64,000 bases of DNA from Setoptus koraiensis (GCA_048013815.1 CM106585.1:16802001-16866000), one strand, 5' to 3'. Shown: positions 11,101 through 24,748, numbered from the stretch's first letter. Made by a program: numbers and translations. Notes: generated from the sequence alone by a model not told the origin.

Positions 11101-14100
11101 GCAACCAACACTAATCTCGACATTAGTCGTCTGGGCGTGCAACGAGCACGTTGTAAAACAAGATTGTGAGCAGCAGCTCATAATAGGCGCCCCTTTATCT
11201 CTCTCTATGTGATGCTCTCACAATTTGTGAGTCACAAATGCTCGTATGAAGCGCTCGCTGGGCCCCAATTTTAGCCCCATTTTAATAGCCTGGCCGGCGG
11301 CCTGTGGGCCCAGTGGAGCAGTCGACGGGGCCCTGCGCTTTGTAGCTGCGGGGAACGAGCAGCGTCGGGAACTTTCGAGAACATACCAGCGAGTTTCTCA
11401 CACAAGAAGGAAGCAACCAAAATTGGGCCCGTGCGCGACGTTTTATGATTACTGGGGCTGGTGTTTTGCCCTCCTATTACACGCGCCCCCTGTTGTCATC
11501 GAGCGGGCGCCGCATTATCGGTCGGATATTTGTTATCGCGGGGCCAGCGCAAATATAATCTATCTATTATCTGGCGGCTGCAGCGGGCTCCTGGCCGCGC
11601 TGACTGTGATTCGATTTTTGAGCTGGCTTTGGGCTTTTTGGGGGCCCCTGCAAAGCGCCGCACTGCAGATGCGGCCGGATAATCTGGCGCCGCACTGAAT
11701 TTTGGGCGAGTCACAACGGCGAGATAGCGAGCGATTGACGAGCTTAAATTTGAGACGCTCGCAGACACAAGTTGCTGCATTGATGGATGTCGCACAGATT
11801 GGGCCGGGCGGCGCTCAAGGGGCCCGGCCCAATCGCGGAGTGACGTTTGTCGCCGCCAGCTTCAGGAATGTCGCCCGTGATATGACTGGCGTCGTTACAT
11901 AATGAATGGCTTATATGAGCGACTCGCGCGTCGAGCACAGAAGCGTCGAGCTGCAATTTTCAGCAGTTTGCGGCACTGTTTGGGGGCCCGCGATTTTCAG
12001 CCATCAGCGCGCGGGCCATTCGCGAAACGCGAGATACGCTTTGATTGCTTGAGAGGCGGTGGAGGGGGGGGGCGCCTCAAAAATCGAGCAGCAGCCCAGA
12101 ATGGGGGCGCTGATGGCCGCTGGCGCCGCTGCCGGTGACACTGACAATATCAATATACACATCAATGCACTTGCTAGGCCCGGAGGAGCGCCCTCGAGTG
12201 GCCCAGTGGCCGCAAACCAAACAACTCCGACAACAACCACTTCACTGGCGCGCCAAATCCGCTGACGCTAACCGTTGTGCGGCACACAACGGTTGCGGGG
12301 CCCCCGTTCAGTGAACTTGAACTTTTGGCAGTTGTGGGGCGCCCATATCGCGCCCGGTTGGCATGTTTGCTCGGCTTTGCTCGTCATACCAATCGATGGC
12401 ACAATGGCACATTGTGTGCCTCACAACGCCACTTGTAACAAGTATGTGGCACGAGTCTCGCCGGGGCCCCTTCGCTGTGTCGGCAGCTACTCTAAATCTA
12501 TTTCTGTCTATCTGGCGCACACGACAACAACTACACCGGATAATTTCTGATATTGCCTAATCCACTTGGGCCCCGTTAGGCCTCGCTGGGGCTCGCTGGG
12601 CCTCGCTGAGCCAGGCAACTTGCCAACGGGCCGGCAGCACTACATATGTACATGTGGGGCGCCCGGAGCGATGCGCGGCGCGACCGCTTTCCGCCGCTGA
12701 CAGGCCGCCCGGTCGACGGTCGCCGCCATAAGTGTGTCACCGCTACCGTGTCTGGCATATCCGCGCCACATGCGCCCGATATCTGCGCCACCGCGGCCGC
12801 GCGCTGGTGCCGTGCCCGTGCGGTGCCCATCTGTTGTGATGTCGCACCATGTCGAGATGGCGCACCATGTTGTGATCTGTCCAACTCTCGATGATGCAAC
12901 CGCTTGATAAACTCTTGATGCGCCCTTGATAAACGACACACGCACGCACAAACAGACAGCGGGGACGGGGGGCTCCTGGCGCGCCGATATTTATAACTGG
13001 CCATACTCGTGCACCGATATAAATATCCGTTATTTATATGCCGACATGCAACAGCGCCCTTGCGAGCGCCGGCGCTCGTTCTCGTTGCCGGCGCTCGTTC
13101 TCGTTGTCGCCGCTCGGCCTCATCGGATTCCGATGATCGGAATGAGCGGCTATGAAAATAAGCATGATTGCGTTTATTCAGACGGGCGCCAATTGCCGAG
13201 TGGGCCCCCCCGACAAGTGATTTCGACAGGCGACCGGATTTCGCTGAGCAAGCTGGCCGAGCGTTGCGCAGAGCGCACAATCATCAACTTTGTCACATCG
13301 CCGGGCCTCTCAGACAATATATATATACAGATATACTTATATACTGCCAAGTGCGCGAGTATGAGTATTGTGCTCTTGTAATAAGGGTCTCGCTTGGCGG
13401 CGCAGCCCGATAACTTATATCATGTGAGTTATATGTGGGGCCGACGGCACGCAAATGGCGCCCTCGCGTGTCGCGAGGGCGCCATTTGCGTGGGGCCCGC
13501 GCGGCCGGGCCACGAGCGGCCGAGCCGAGAGCGAGCAGCGGGCCGGAGCTGGTCGCTAATGACGTTACAATGTCCATTTAGTTTAGTTGGCGACCATTAA
13601 ACGCGTACGCGCGTATAAGTGCGCGCGTAGCGCCGTGCAGCCGCCCTTTTCACGGGGCCCCAGCTCGCCAAACAAGCTCGGCAAGCGCGCCAAATGAACC
13701 CGGCAAGCTCTCCAAACGCGCCTAGCTCGCCAAATAAAGCCGGCCGACGCGGCCCGGCCCCCATGCCTGTCTATTTTAATAAATTAATAAACACTCAAAT
13801 CATTGGCCAGTGTCGCTGACTGATTGTTGCACTTGCCGCGGCCCGCGTGCAGCCGCTGCGGACCGCATCAAATATTGATAGCGGTGCATAAATAATGAGG
13901 CCATCTATTTGCGCCGAGTGGATACTTGATTGCTCATAAATAGATGCTCGGCACGCTCGCCGCCCTCGCCGCGCATCCCGGCGCATGCCGGCCCGGCCGC
14001 GCCAAGTGCAACCAGCAGTGCCCGGCCGCGCCAAGTACCACCATCGGTGCCCGGCTGCGGGCCCGACCGGGCGGTGCGTGCGCCAGGCGCGTATACTGTA

Positions 14101-15107
14101 CGCCATACACTGTATGCCATACACTATATGCCATATAGGTGGCCGCGCGGACGGACGCGAGCCCGCGGCCGGTCGGGCTGTGCCGGCCAGCCGGTGATCG
14201 ATTAATTCATGCGAATAGAGTTAAAGTGCCTGCAGTCAGTTGGTCACTTGCTGCTGGCTATCGGTTGTCAATGGCGCACGAGCGCCCGCGATCAAGGCGC
14301 CCGGCGCCGAGCCAAACTGAAATCGGATACCCGCAGTGTCCGATGGTTGCGCAATAGTTTTGCCGCCGAGACACAGTCGGCGGTTAATCAGTTGTCTGGC
14401 GGGCGCTGCGATTTGTCAGTGGTGCATTGGCAGCGTGCAGCCGACCGCACCACCTATCGATCACGCGCCGTTAGAATCAATCGGTGGCCGGGCCGGCGAG
14501 GCGCCCGTGTCATAATGCGGCCGGCGGCCGCGGCGGCGGCCCATTTTCGCTTCGGCTCGGGCGTGCGCGCCGCCGATCGGGCCGAAGCGAATGCCGAGCC
14601 GAGCCGAGCCGAAAATGGGGCCCGCAGCGCGCACAATTACTGCTATCGGCGCGCTATCTGCGGCGGGCGCCATCGACAACAAGCTTGTTAGCAAATAACT
14701 GCCGCCAGCCGGCCCGCTACGTCTGTCGGACGCATGACGCAAACAGACAAACAAACGGCGGCGCGATGAGCGCCGCAGATACAAATACACAGATACAAGA
14801 GCGAGCCACGCGATCGGGGCCCCCGCCAACAATAACGAAATTACCAACAGCAAATAACCAATAAGCGAAATATTCGTGAATGAAAATGTAAATCAATGCC
14901 AGCGAGTTCAAACTGAAACAAACAGCGCTGGACAGGCTGCACCTTGTTGTTGTCGATGGGCGCTCGGCCGCCGGGGGCCCGTCGAGTCTTTATAAAGATG
15001 ATTGATGATGTCTCGTTCAAAATGAATGAGTGAGTGAGTGGGCGCCCAATGGCGAGCCAATGGAAATGCCATCGGGAATGGGCAGCCAAATTGAAATTGC
15101 GATTGGA

Positions 15108-15260
15108 ATCGAAACGAAACGAAACGAAATGGCGCACACCAAACTGGAGCCAACGACACGCAACGCGAACAAATGGAATTGATTCGAGTGAAAAAGACGA
15201 AACCAAACGAAACGAAACGAAACGAAACGTAACGAAAAGAAAAGAAACCAAACGAAACGG
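15108..15260 (+). repeat. (GAAAC)n pentanucleotide tracts
   Basis: Two clusters, read directly. Confidence 0.8.
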
Positions 15261-17327
15261 AACTCGACGAAAAGCACGCACGCACGCCGCCGGACAGCTC
15301 CTCTCGGGCCCCTTAATGGCCTAATAGTCTTAATGTTATGTAATGGCCAGCAGCGGCGGCGGCATCAACTCGAGCATCCGAGCGATTCTTTGGCAAGGAG
15401 TCTTTGCCGAACAGCAGCCAAACAGCGCCGGCCCCCAGAATTCGCCAAGGTCCGACAGGCGACTCGCTGGTAAACAACCGGCTGGGGACCTAATAATACG
15501 TTCGGCGTCACTGAGCTCGACGCGCCCGGCCGACACAAGTGCCGCTGGGCCGCGGGCTCTGGAGGCGCTCGCGTCTCGGGTTCTCGGGACGAGAGTCCGC
15601 GAACAGCGCCAGCGAGAACGCAAACAGCGCCACTGAAAAATCAGTGACGGGGCCCGCGATGGTGAGCGTGTTTCTGGGGTGTTGCTGGGATGTTGTCGGG
15701 CCAGGTTGGCGCCCCTTTTGCGGCAATATCATGGCTTTATCTGCCTCGAAAGGCTCCACTTATCTTGGCGCTTTTATCTGGGCCGGGCGCGTTTTTTCTC
15801 GCGCGCTTGGACACAAGTGCCCGCGCTCAAGCGAGCGCTGGCACGCCAGCATCGGCAAACATGGGGCCGGCAAACGGGGCCCCGTGTTTGCCGCACGGGC
15901 AAACATTGGGCTACACTGGCGGGGCCGATGTAGCGAACAGGGGTCCCGGCGCCAACGCCAACGCCGCCGCTCTTTTTCAACGGCACAGAGATTTTATCGT
16001 GTTGTTGTTTTTCCATCAACAAATGATACTCTAAGGTTACATTTGCTGGCGCCGGTTAGGCAAACAACGGGGCCCCGCCAGCCTGGCCGTGCTGTTGCCA
16101 CTTGCAATCGGCGGCGGACCCGCTATCTGTCCGACTTTATCTATCCGTCCGTTTCGTCTGTGTGTTTCTCGCGCTGGCTCGCCCCAGGTTTGAATGCCGG
16201 GCCGGAGCTCGGATGCAGTAGGGGCCAGTGTGGACCCGCAGTGGCTCCTATTGTATTATTGTATATATATATATATCTATATATATTATTATAATATATT
16301 TTATTTTATTATATTTTATTGTATTATATATCATCATATTTTAAGGCCGCAGTTGCCGGCAGTGGGCCGCATCTCGCGAACGCATCGCAAGCGTCCTCAT
16401 TATTTGCGAGCTTCGTCAGTGGCCCGGCCCCAAGATGCAAACGGCAAATAAACACCCATTATGTTTATATACTCTCTGGCTTTCGAGAGAGAGAGACTTT
16501 TTGCTGCCTACTGTGTATTTACTGTACGTGTTTTTTTTTTCTCACTGCGCCCTTTTCACTCTCTTTTATCCGCCAGACAGTCGGCCGCTATCTGTCGAGA
16601 TGCACAACAGCAAAGCTCCGATATACAGACTCTGTTTCGCAGAGGATACAATGCCAGACGCGATCAGATATCACCAACGGCTCCCCTTTCGCGCCCCAAC
16701 AATACGCTCTCATCTGCCTACGGCTCGGCTTGACGTTCGGCTGGGCGCTCGCCCAGATGCTCGCCTGGATGCTCGGCCAGACGGTCCCCTGGATGGGGAG
16801 CCGCTTGCGTTTTTTTATTTTTTTGCTGTCTGCACTTGCACACTTGCACCGATGCCAATTCGCCCCATTGTGAGGCCCCATTGTTATTCGCATCTCTCTT
16901 CAGATGGGGCCCGATGTGCCGATTGAGAGCTCATTGTTGTTGCAAGGCCACCTTTTGCACAGCGGGCTGGCGGTCCTTGTGGAAATTCTGACATCGCGCT
17001 GCCGATCTACATACGACTCTCCACTGTCTTGCGAGTACCGTCGCCAGCCACATAGATACGTTGGTATATATGTATAAATATATATGTATAAATATATATT
17101 TAGACACATTAGGGGCGCCGTATAATACCGTTGCGGGTTACCCTGGCGGCCGGGCCCCGCTCGCTAGCTCGGGCACGAGCTCGTTGGCGGTGGTGGGCCC
17201 GGTGCGAGCCGGCTGGCTTTGCAGAATGCAAAAGGTGCATGTCAAAATCGATCATTTGATCGGGCATAAATTGTTAAATTCAATTGTCTATTGTGTGCTG
17301 TGTCGTGTTTTTATCGTGTTTACTCAC

Positions 17328-17680
17328 CGTGTTTCACTACTTAGTCGTCGTCGACGACGACGACGACAACGACAACGACGACGACCTAACAAAGCCCCCA
17401 ACTAACGCCTTTTCTTCAACAAACATTAAAACTGCGGGCCAGATTGAAAGCCGGAATCTGTCTAGTTAGCTTCTTTGTTGCTTGATGGCTTATTTTGAGC
17501 TCGCTGAGGGACGCGTGAGGGACGCGTTGTCTTGGTGGGTTCCGTCGCCGAGCTGACACAGGTAAATGGCAAGGTAGATGCGCGAGTTAAATTTCACGTC
17601 ACTCTAGTTTTTCTTTTATAGTTGTTGTTATTGCTAGGTCATTGGGTGTCGTCGCTTCTCTACCGCTTTCTCTCTCCCTC
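17328..17680 (-). other. Candidate non-coding first exon of the EB-module gene
   Basis: Minus strand has TATAAATA at ~17709-17716, a GA-repeat tract, and a strong donor ACG|GTGAGT at 17328/17327. A matching acceptor (TTAGCAG|) lies at 9910, just upstream of the EB start codon. The 5' boundary is approximate. Confidence 0.25.
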
Positions 17681-18105
17681 TCCCTCTCTCTCTCTGTCTG
17701 TCTCTAAGTATTTATAGCGGCCATTGCTAGGCGTTATTATTTTTGTTGTTCGTCGGTTGTTTCGCACTGCTTCTCTGCTTCCTCTTCGGATTATTTAGAA
17801 TATCGTTTTGGTGTTGTTGTTGTTGTTGGTGGTGGTGCTTTTTGTTGTTGCTGTTGCCCTACAATCTAGAAACAACATTTACTATTAACAGATAGCGGTA
17901 CACACAATTTCAATTTATTATTAGATGGATTATGTATTAAAAAGCGATCATCTGATTCGCAAGCACACACACACGAGCCAGAAGACTCATTATCTTTTGG
18001 GGCCCCTCTTTTTGGTATCCTCTCGCCAGATGGCACGGACCTCGCCTGTTCTATTGTTGTGTTCGTATTGGCCCGGATACCGATACACCAACAACAGCAA
18101 CAACG

Positions 18106-18139
<34 letters not shown>

Positions 18140-18515
18140 AGCAACTTGCCACAAACACTAACACGCACAAACACATGCATCCGTTACGTCACGGGAGCCT
18201 CTTGAATAAATCGCATTCGAAATGACGATTCGCAATATTTAAATTTTTTGTGCGTGCACCAACAAGCGGATTTCCGTTTCTGGTAATACCGCGATGACAA
18301 GGCCGAATTTGGTCGCACCTCACAGATTGTCGAGGCAGATTTTTTGCGATTGCGATTGTGATCGCAAGTTCGCAAACGATCTCTCGCACTCGCCAAAAGA
18401 ATCCGCTTGTCGTCAAGTAGTGGCTCGTCGAATCGTATGGAGGCTCCTTTTATGAAAGAATATTCTTTATTATTATCCATAATTTATGTAACAAAGCTTC
18501 GAGCTTCGGCCTCTT

Positions 18516-20030
18516 TCAGCCTTTGATCACACCAATGGGACGCAATTTTATACACTTTGTGCTTATCCCAGCCGCATGACAAGTATTAACAACATCGTGG
18601 ACATTCTTATAGGACTCGGGTGCCTCCTCCATAATCAGCTTCGGCGACGCAACCCTCACCGCTATGCCTTTAGCCTCCATTGCCGCCAGCACGTCCTTGT
18701 AGTCGAGATTGCGCCGGGATTTGGCTCGCGACAAGGCACGGCCGCTGCCGTGACAAGTTGTTCCGAATGTCTCCAACATGGCTGTCCTGGTGCCGGTCAA
18801 CACGTAACTATTTGTGCCCATGGTTCCGCCAATGAGTATAGGCTGGCCAGTCAATTGATAATCTACAGGTATGAGTGGATGGTTGGGTGGAAAGGCCCGC
18901 GTGGCGCCCTTTCTGTGCACCAACAATTTCTTTGGTTTACCATCAACAAGGTGTTCCTCAATTTTGGCTATATTGTGAGATACGTCGTAGATAATGTGCA
19001 TATCTAACTCTTCGGGTGTCTTCTTAAATACTTTCGCAAAGGCCTGTCGCGTCAAGAATGTCATAGTGGATCGATTAACAAAGGCAAAATTTGAGGCGCA
19101 CGCCATCGCCTTGAGATAGTTTTGGCCCTCCTCGGATTGAATTCTGGCGCAGGCCAGTTGTCTGTCATTTACAATTATATTATCACGCTTCATTGCCTTT
19201 TCCATGACGAGCAAGGCATCCGTTGCCACTTGATGGCCGAATCCCCTACTGCCACTGTGTATCATTACACAAACCTGTCCCACGTGCTCTATGCCCATTT
19301 TGGCCGCCTTCTTCTTGTCAAATATCTCATCTACAACCTGAATTTCGGCATAGTGATTACCTGAGCCCAGCGTGCCTAATTGTGGCAGGCCACGCTTCTT
19401 GGCTTTGAGCGAAACTTTGCTAGGGTCAGCGCCCAACATTCTGCCATATTCCTCGCAATGTTCCTTGTCCTCAGGCCAGGCGTAACCCTCGCGCAACGAC
19501 CAATCGATTCCCATCTCTATGGCTTCGTCCAGATCGTGCGCCGTCATCGGTATCAGTCCTTTTGTTCCCACTCCCACGGGTATGTGATCAAATAGACACT
19601 GACAGATCTGTTGTTTCACTGGCGCCACATCCCTCTCGAAGAGATTTGTCCGCACCAGTCGAACTCCACAATTAATGTCGAATCCAACACCGCCCGGCGA
19701 CACCACCGAATCCGGATTGTCCATATCCACTGCGGCTATGTTTCCTATGGCGAACCCGTAGCCGGAATGAACGTCGGGCAAACCAATCGAATGGCCCACA
19801 ATGCCAGGCAAACAGGCAACATTGGCTATTTGTTTCACCGCCGGCAGGAATCCGCCGCCCCGACTGTCATGCTGTCGTAGTTCTTCGAATATGAGCTCCT
19901 CTAGATTTTTGTTCACGTAAAATCGGCCCTCCACTCGCATATTGGGCACAAATCCCTTCTTGATGCGCCACGTGTTTTGATCGATCCTCTCCAGGAATTG
20001 TTTTTCCTCTTCGAAGGTCCTGGAGGCCAT
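18516..20030 (-). CDS. RTCB: RNA-splicing ligase RtcB (tRNA ligase complex catalytic subunit), intronless, 504 aa
   Basis: [16 protein letters not shown] start; motifs [72 protein letters not shown] and C-terminal [14 protein letters not shown] on the minus strand at ~18466-18471. Confidence 0.97.
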   Translation of the reverse strand: MASRTFEEEKQFLERIDQNTWRIKKGFVPNMRVEGRFYVNKNLEELIFEELRQHDSRGGGFLPAVKQIANVACLPGIVGHSIGLPDVHSGYGFAIGNIAAVDMDNPDSVVSPGGVGFDINCGVRLVRTNLFERDVAPVKQQICQCLFDHIPVGVGTKGLIPMTAHDLDEAIEMGIDWSLREGYAWPEDKEHCEEYGRMLGADPSKVSLKAKKRGLPQLGTLGSGNHYAEIQVVDEIFDKKKAAKMGIEHVGQVCVMIHSGSRGFGHQVATDALLVMEKAMKRDNIIVNDRQLACARIQSEEGQNYLKAMACASNFAFVNRSTMTFLTRQAFAKVFKKTPEELDMHIIYDVSHNIAKIEEHLVDGKPKKLLVHRKGATRAFPPNHPLIPVDYQLTGQPILIGGTMGTNSYVLTGTRTAMLETFGTTCHGSGRALSRAKSRRNLDYKDVLAAMEAKGIAVRVASPKLIMEEAPESYKNVHDVVNTCHAAGISTKCIKLRPIGVIKG

Positions 20031-20441
20031 TAGTCCGACAATTTTCTCACGCGGGCTGTTAATAGTTATAAATAAATATAAATAGTAACTGTAAATAAAA
20101 ATAAATAAATAAATGTACCCAGAATAATGTTGATAAACAACAACAACAACAACAATAACAACAAAAAGGCGTGGCACACTGCGGGTCCCAACTGCGGGGC
20201 ACTGACAATACCCCGCGGCAATGCACTGAAAGCGCACGTTTTATCTTGTTTATTGCACCACTCGCCATGGTTCGTGCCTGACACATCAGCCATCATTATC
20301 CGTGTATCCGGAGCAATATTTTATTATATAACCATCAATATAATCAATTTATCTACCCTTATCTGTATAAACTCTGTGTGAATATTAGCCCAAAGTCTCC
20401 ATTATTTTATAAATATACAGACACACACAAATTGAGCTGAG

Positions 20442-21308
20442 ATGACCTCCGCAAAAGGGATACTGGCTGGCGGAATCACGGGCGGCATAGAAATCTGTAT
20501 CACCTATCCAACGGAATATGTCAAGACGCAGCTACAATTGGATCAACGGTCCGCCAAGCCCCGTTACACTGGAATAGCCGATGTGGTCAAGCAAACCGTC
20601 AAGGCCAACGGAGTTGGTGGCTTATATCGTGGCCTGAGCGTATTGATTTACGGCTCCATACCTAAATCGGCTGTGAGATTTGGAGCATTTGAGGAGTTCA
20701 AGAAGCGAAGCATAGACGAGAAGGGCAATCTGGCGCCCGGTCGTCGATTGGCCTGCGGTTTGGGTGCGGGCGTTTGTGAGGCCATTTTTGCCGTCACACC
20801 CATGGAAACGTTGAAGGTGAAGTTTATCAACGATCAGGCTAGCGCAAATCCAAAATATCGTGGTTTTTTGCACGGTGTCAGACTTATCATCAAGGAACAG
20901 GGAATCAGGGGCACATATCAGGGTCTGTCGGCAACGATAATGAAACAGGGCAGCAATCAAGCAATTAGATTTTATGTTATGGAAACACTTAAGGATTGGT
21001 GGCGAGGGGGCGACCCCACCAAGCCAGTCAACAAGGCGGTTGTGGGCGCCTTTGGAGCAGTGGCTGGGGCGGCCTCGGTTTTCGGCAACACTCCCATTGA
21101 TGTGGTGAAGACCCGTATGCAAGGCTTAGAAGCAGCTCGCTACAAAAGTACGATGGACTGTTTTTTACAAATAGCCAAACACGAGGGATTTCCGGCATTT
21201 TACAAGGGCACCGTTCCTAGATTGGGTAGAGTTTGTCTAGATGTGGCCATTACATTCATGATCTATGATTCGTTTATGGATCTATTCAATAAGGTCTGGA
21301 AGAGTTGA
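20442..21308 (+). CDS. SLC25A1: Mitochondrial tricarboxylate (citrate) carrier, intronless
   Basis: Three carrier repeats with PxExxK/PxDxxK signatures ([32 protein letters not shown]); [16 protein letters not shown] and [10 protein letters not shown] are typical of the citrate carrier. Head-to-head with RtcB, 411 bp apart. Confidence 0.93.
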   Translation: MTSAKGILAGGITGGIEICITYPTEYVKTQLQLDQRSAKPRYTGIADVVKQTVKANGVGGLYRGLSVLIYGSIPKSAVRFGAFEEFKKRSIDEKGNLAPGRRLACGLGAGVCEAIFAVTPMETLKVKFINDQASANPKYRGFLHGVRLIIKEQGIRGTYQGLSATIMKQGSNQAIRFYVMETLKDWWRGGDPTKPVNKAVVGAFGAVAGAASVFGNTPIDVVKTRMQGLEAARYKSTMDCFLQIAKHEGFPAFYKGTVPRLGRVCLDVAITFMIYDSFMDLFNKVWKS

Positions 21309-22204
21309 AGTAGTTTTTTATTGTTTATTATTATTATTATCAGTTGCATCATTTTCATGAGCATTTTTACATCTGCAGTATGCTCATCAGTTTCCTCTCC
21401 ATGGGTTGGCATCGAGTGGGCAACCCATTGTCATTTTCACTAACTACCAAGAAAATGGACAAAGGGCCACAAGAACGGGATTCATCGTATCATTTTGAGC
21501 AAGTACATAAGATAAGAAGAACATTGGCAATAATCATCATCATCGGCATCATTACTCCCCCCGCCCTCAACCCTCATATACAATATTTCTCTTTCTCTCT
21601 CACACACACTTGAGCGTTGATCTCAATCAATCGCTAAAATCGCAATCCGCAATGATAAATTAGATTGCAATGATCAATTAGATGACAACGATAATGATAT
21701 GATAGCAAACAAGGATAGGATAGCAGAAGCAACTGCAGCGGCAAACTGAAAATGCCTAGGTTGTCCTTATTAATGCCATTAGATACTATACTATACATAT
21801 ATACCACCACTATTGGCCGTTGTTGTTGTTGTTGTTTTGTTATTATAACTATAATAACCAACTAATACTTTTCGACTAACGTCATCTACGTGTATATCTA
21901 TACAATTGAGGCGTATAGATATACACTAATTGTGTGTCTATGTTTAAGTGTGTCATTGTGGCACTTAGTAAGCTAGTGCCACTCACTATAATCCAATAGG
22001 TTGTGCTTGTTTCCAGATAAAAGTAGAATAATATTAAATCAAATAATAATATTAAATCAAATAAGTGTGTGTGTGAATTATGGATTTTTAATCAGATTGT
22101 GTAGGCAGCTTCTATTGAGATTGTGAGCTAATAATGATTATGTTGTTGAGTACGAATTATATCATGAGTGTGTTGTTCATTATACAAAGTTGTCGGCCGA
22201 TTGT

Positions 22205-22803
22205 CTAGGTCTTCTTTCCTTTCTTGTTGGCATGAGTTTGTTTTTTGTTGCTCTTCTCTATGACATATTCCGGCGCATCGGGTGATGGAATGGCCGTGGT
22301 GGTGATTCCGTCCTGCTCGCTGGGCGGATTAATTCTCAGCTGGCGATTAATTGAATTCGGATATTACATTATTAGGATGAGAGCGGAAGCAGCAAGCATT
22401 TTGGGGGTTAATTAGATCATGAGTTAGTTTAGTCAGAGGTGTGCGTTGTGTGTATAAAATCAATTAATCATCGGCTTACCATGATGCGTTCTTTTTCGGC
22501 GCAAGCATAATCGCTCTCGTCGACGTCGTTGTAGCAATCGCTCGCTACACCCTTGGGGACCCCTTTGCCGTTATATTCGCACAAATTGTTTAGTGGCTTA
22601 GATCTGACTATCATCTTGTTTGCGTCTTGTGGCTTCTCTTGTGGACAATAGAACACTTTGGGCGTCTTAATGTCGAACACTATTGATTTTCGCATCATGT
22701 CGCCATAGGCAACCACGGCCAACAGTGTAGCAACAAGTGCCACAAGTGCAAAGTATGTAAGTTTTACTGTAGCGCATGTTGTCGTATATTGTCGTTGTGG
22801 CAT
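22205..22803 (-). CDS. Small secreted Cys-containing protein, 2 exons: 22480..22803 and 22205..22339 (152 aa)
   Basis: Hydrophobic signal (LTYFALVALVATLLAVVAYG), then MMRKSIVFDIKTPKVFYCPQ with four Cys. Donor ATG|GTAAGC at 22479 and acceptor CAG|CTG at 22340; the phase-0 join gives KERIM-LRINPPSEQDG...KKGKKT* (TAG 22205-22207). Confidence 0.75.
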
Positions 22804-23279
22804 ATTGAATGTTGTTGTTAAACGAACGTTTTGGTAAACCGAATCATTAAAAGAATTATTGAGCGAATCATTAGAAGAATTATCAAGCGAATTATTGAGC
22901 GAACGTTGCCGCTATTTACACAAACAAAATCGTTGCAAACTCACCTGAAATCATGGCGGCGGATCGTTGTAGTTTCGTGCTATTAGTATTATGTTATATT
23001 AGTATTATGCTGGCTGGGGTGTCTGAGCGTCGGCGTTGAACTTGAATTATGTGGATCGATGAAATGGATCTATGAAATGGATGGATGTGATTGGGCGAAT
23101 TCTCATGCGAGCCTGTGGAAATTCTCTCCGTTTGTGAAACAACGTCCTGCGAATATCGGTTCGTTGTCCAAAAATCTGTTTGTTTGTGTTTCGGCGTTCT
23201 CGATGTGTCTGTGTTTGCATAGCATTCGCTGTCGACTCGACACACAGCCAGAAGAACATACAGCCAGAAGAATTGCGCT

Positions 23280-23400
23280 TCGTTGTTGTTGTTGTTGTTG
23301 TTTTTGCTGTTGTTGCTGTTGATGCTGTTGCTGTTGTTGCTGTTGATGCTGTTGATGCTGTTGTTGTTGTTGCTGTTGATGCTGTTGTTGTCGATGTTGT
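23280..23400 (+). repeat. TGT/TGC/TGA trinucleotide-derived tract
   Basis: Read directly; a similar ~24-bp degenerate array lies at 23630-23810. Confidence 0.85.
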
Positions 23401-24748
23401 TCTCGGTGCAGCTTCGAGGAGCACGGCAAAACAACAGGGTCCGCTGAACAGAGGCTGCCAAAAAGTGGATCGTTGCGCGATTTCAATGCCGGCGACGCTG
23501 GACAATGTTGATTGGTCGGCGGCACACTTAATGGTCAGTCTAATGATGCCCAAACTACAGCGGCAGACATGGCGGCCAGTCAGTCTTTATTTTTCAGACA
23601 TTCAGTTCTCGGACCTTGAGTCTCGTTCTTGTCGTTGCTGCCTGTGCCGCTGTTGTTATCGCGGTTGTTGCTGTTGCTGTTGTTATCCAAGTTGTTGCTG
23701 TTGCTGTTGTTATCTTGGTTGCCGCTGCCGTTGTTATCATGGTTGCCGTAGTCGTTGTTGTCGTGGTTGTTGTTGTTGCTGTTGCCGTTGTTGTTGTCGT
23801 TGTTGCACAAACAGGCCTGACAGCACGGTACAGGTGTACTCAGGTGTGCGGCAATGGCGGCGCCAACAGCAGTCAGTCAGTCATGTCAGTCACGAGACGC
23901 CAGAGAAAGACTCAAACTTTTCAAGATTGCCAGCCCGTTCTTTGCAGCCCGTTCTTCGCAGCCCGTTCTTCGCAGCCCGTTCTTTGCCAGCCCGCCCGCT
24001 CACCTGTTGCGGTCGGCGAGTGTCGGCATTTTTCACTATTTCGCTGGCTAATCTTGTGCTCGTTTCAGGCGGCTCATCCGCCGCCGCCACCAGTCGTCTG
24101 ACAATCGTTAACAATTGTTAACAATTGCTAACAATTGCGAGCGGCGGCAGGTGCACATTTGTTTATCCGACAAACTTTAGGGCGAGCGCGAGCCAACTCG
24201 CTCGGCTCGCGAGCAATCTCAGCCAGCCAAGTCGAGTCGGCCGCCCACGCGAGCGCCTCTCTCGCTGTCGCGCATGCATTATCATACTCACGGCCCATAA
24301 GTTTGATATAAGTTATATACTGCTAATTGGTGACAAACTAAACGAATTAGTGCGCGCGAGTTGATTAGAGCAGCGAACGCGAAACAGACAGTACGCACGA
24401 CAACGCGTCGGATAATCGCGTCGTATAATTGCGTCGGATAAGCGCGCCGGATAGACGCCGCGGATAAGCGCGCCGGATAGACGCGGCGGAGTGTCGTCAA
24501 AAAAACAGGTTGCATCGCACTTGGCGCGCACTCGGCTCGTGCCAAACAAAAGCGAGACGGCAAAAAACGCTGCTGGCTCGCCGACATTGTTGATAATTTG
24601 CGCATTAATTACCATTAACTCGTCTTGCCGCATGCGATTGCGGCGCCCGTTGCCGCAATCCGCAACGGCAATGCGAGTCGGCGAGACGAGCAAACGGAGC
24701 GACATGCAAACGGAGAAGCGCCGTATCCCGTTGCAGTTGACACTTGCG

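Noticed and set aside
18194-18451. Identification of the folded segment as 7SK, RNase P/MRP, SRP or Y RNA
   Set aside because: Diagnostic motifs are missing or misplaced and internal T-runs would terminate Pol III; kept only as an unassigned structure.
18184-18480. 98-aa ORF right after RtcB on the same strand
   Set aside because: Its start overlaps the likely RtcB poly(A) signal and it has no recognisable homology; more likely UTR or intergenic.
23180-24121. 313-aa ORF with a metallothionein/keratin-associated-like poly-Cys stretch (similar case at 2480..2980)
   Set aside because: The Cys runs come from TGT/TGC microsatellite-like tracts that give poly-Val, poly-Gln or poly-Asn in other frames; no independent coding evidence.
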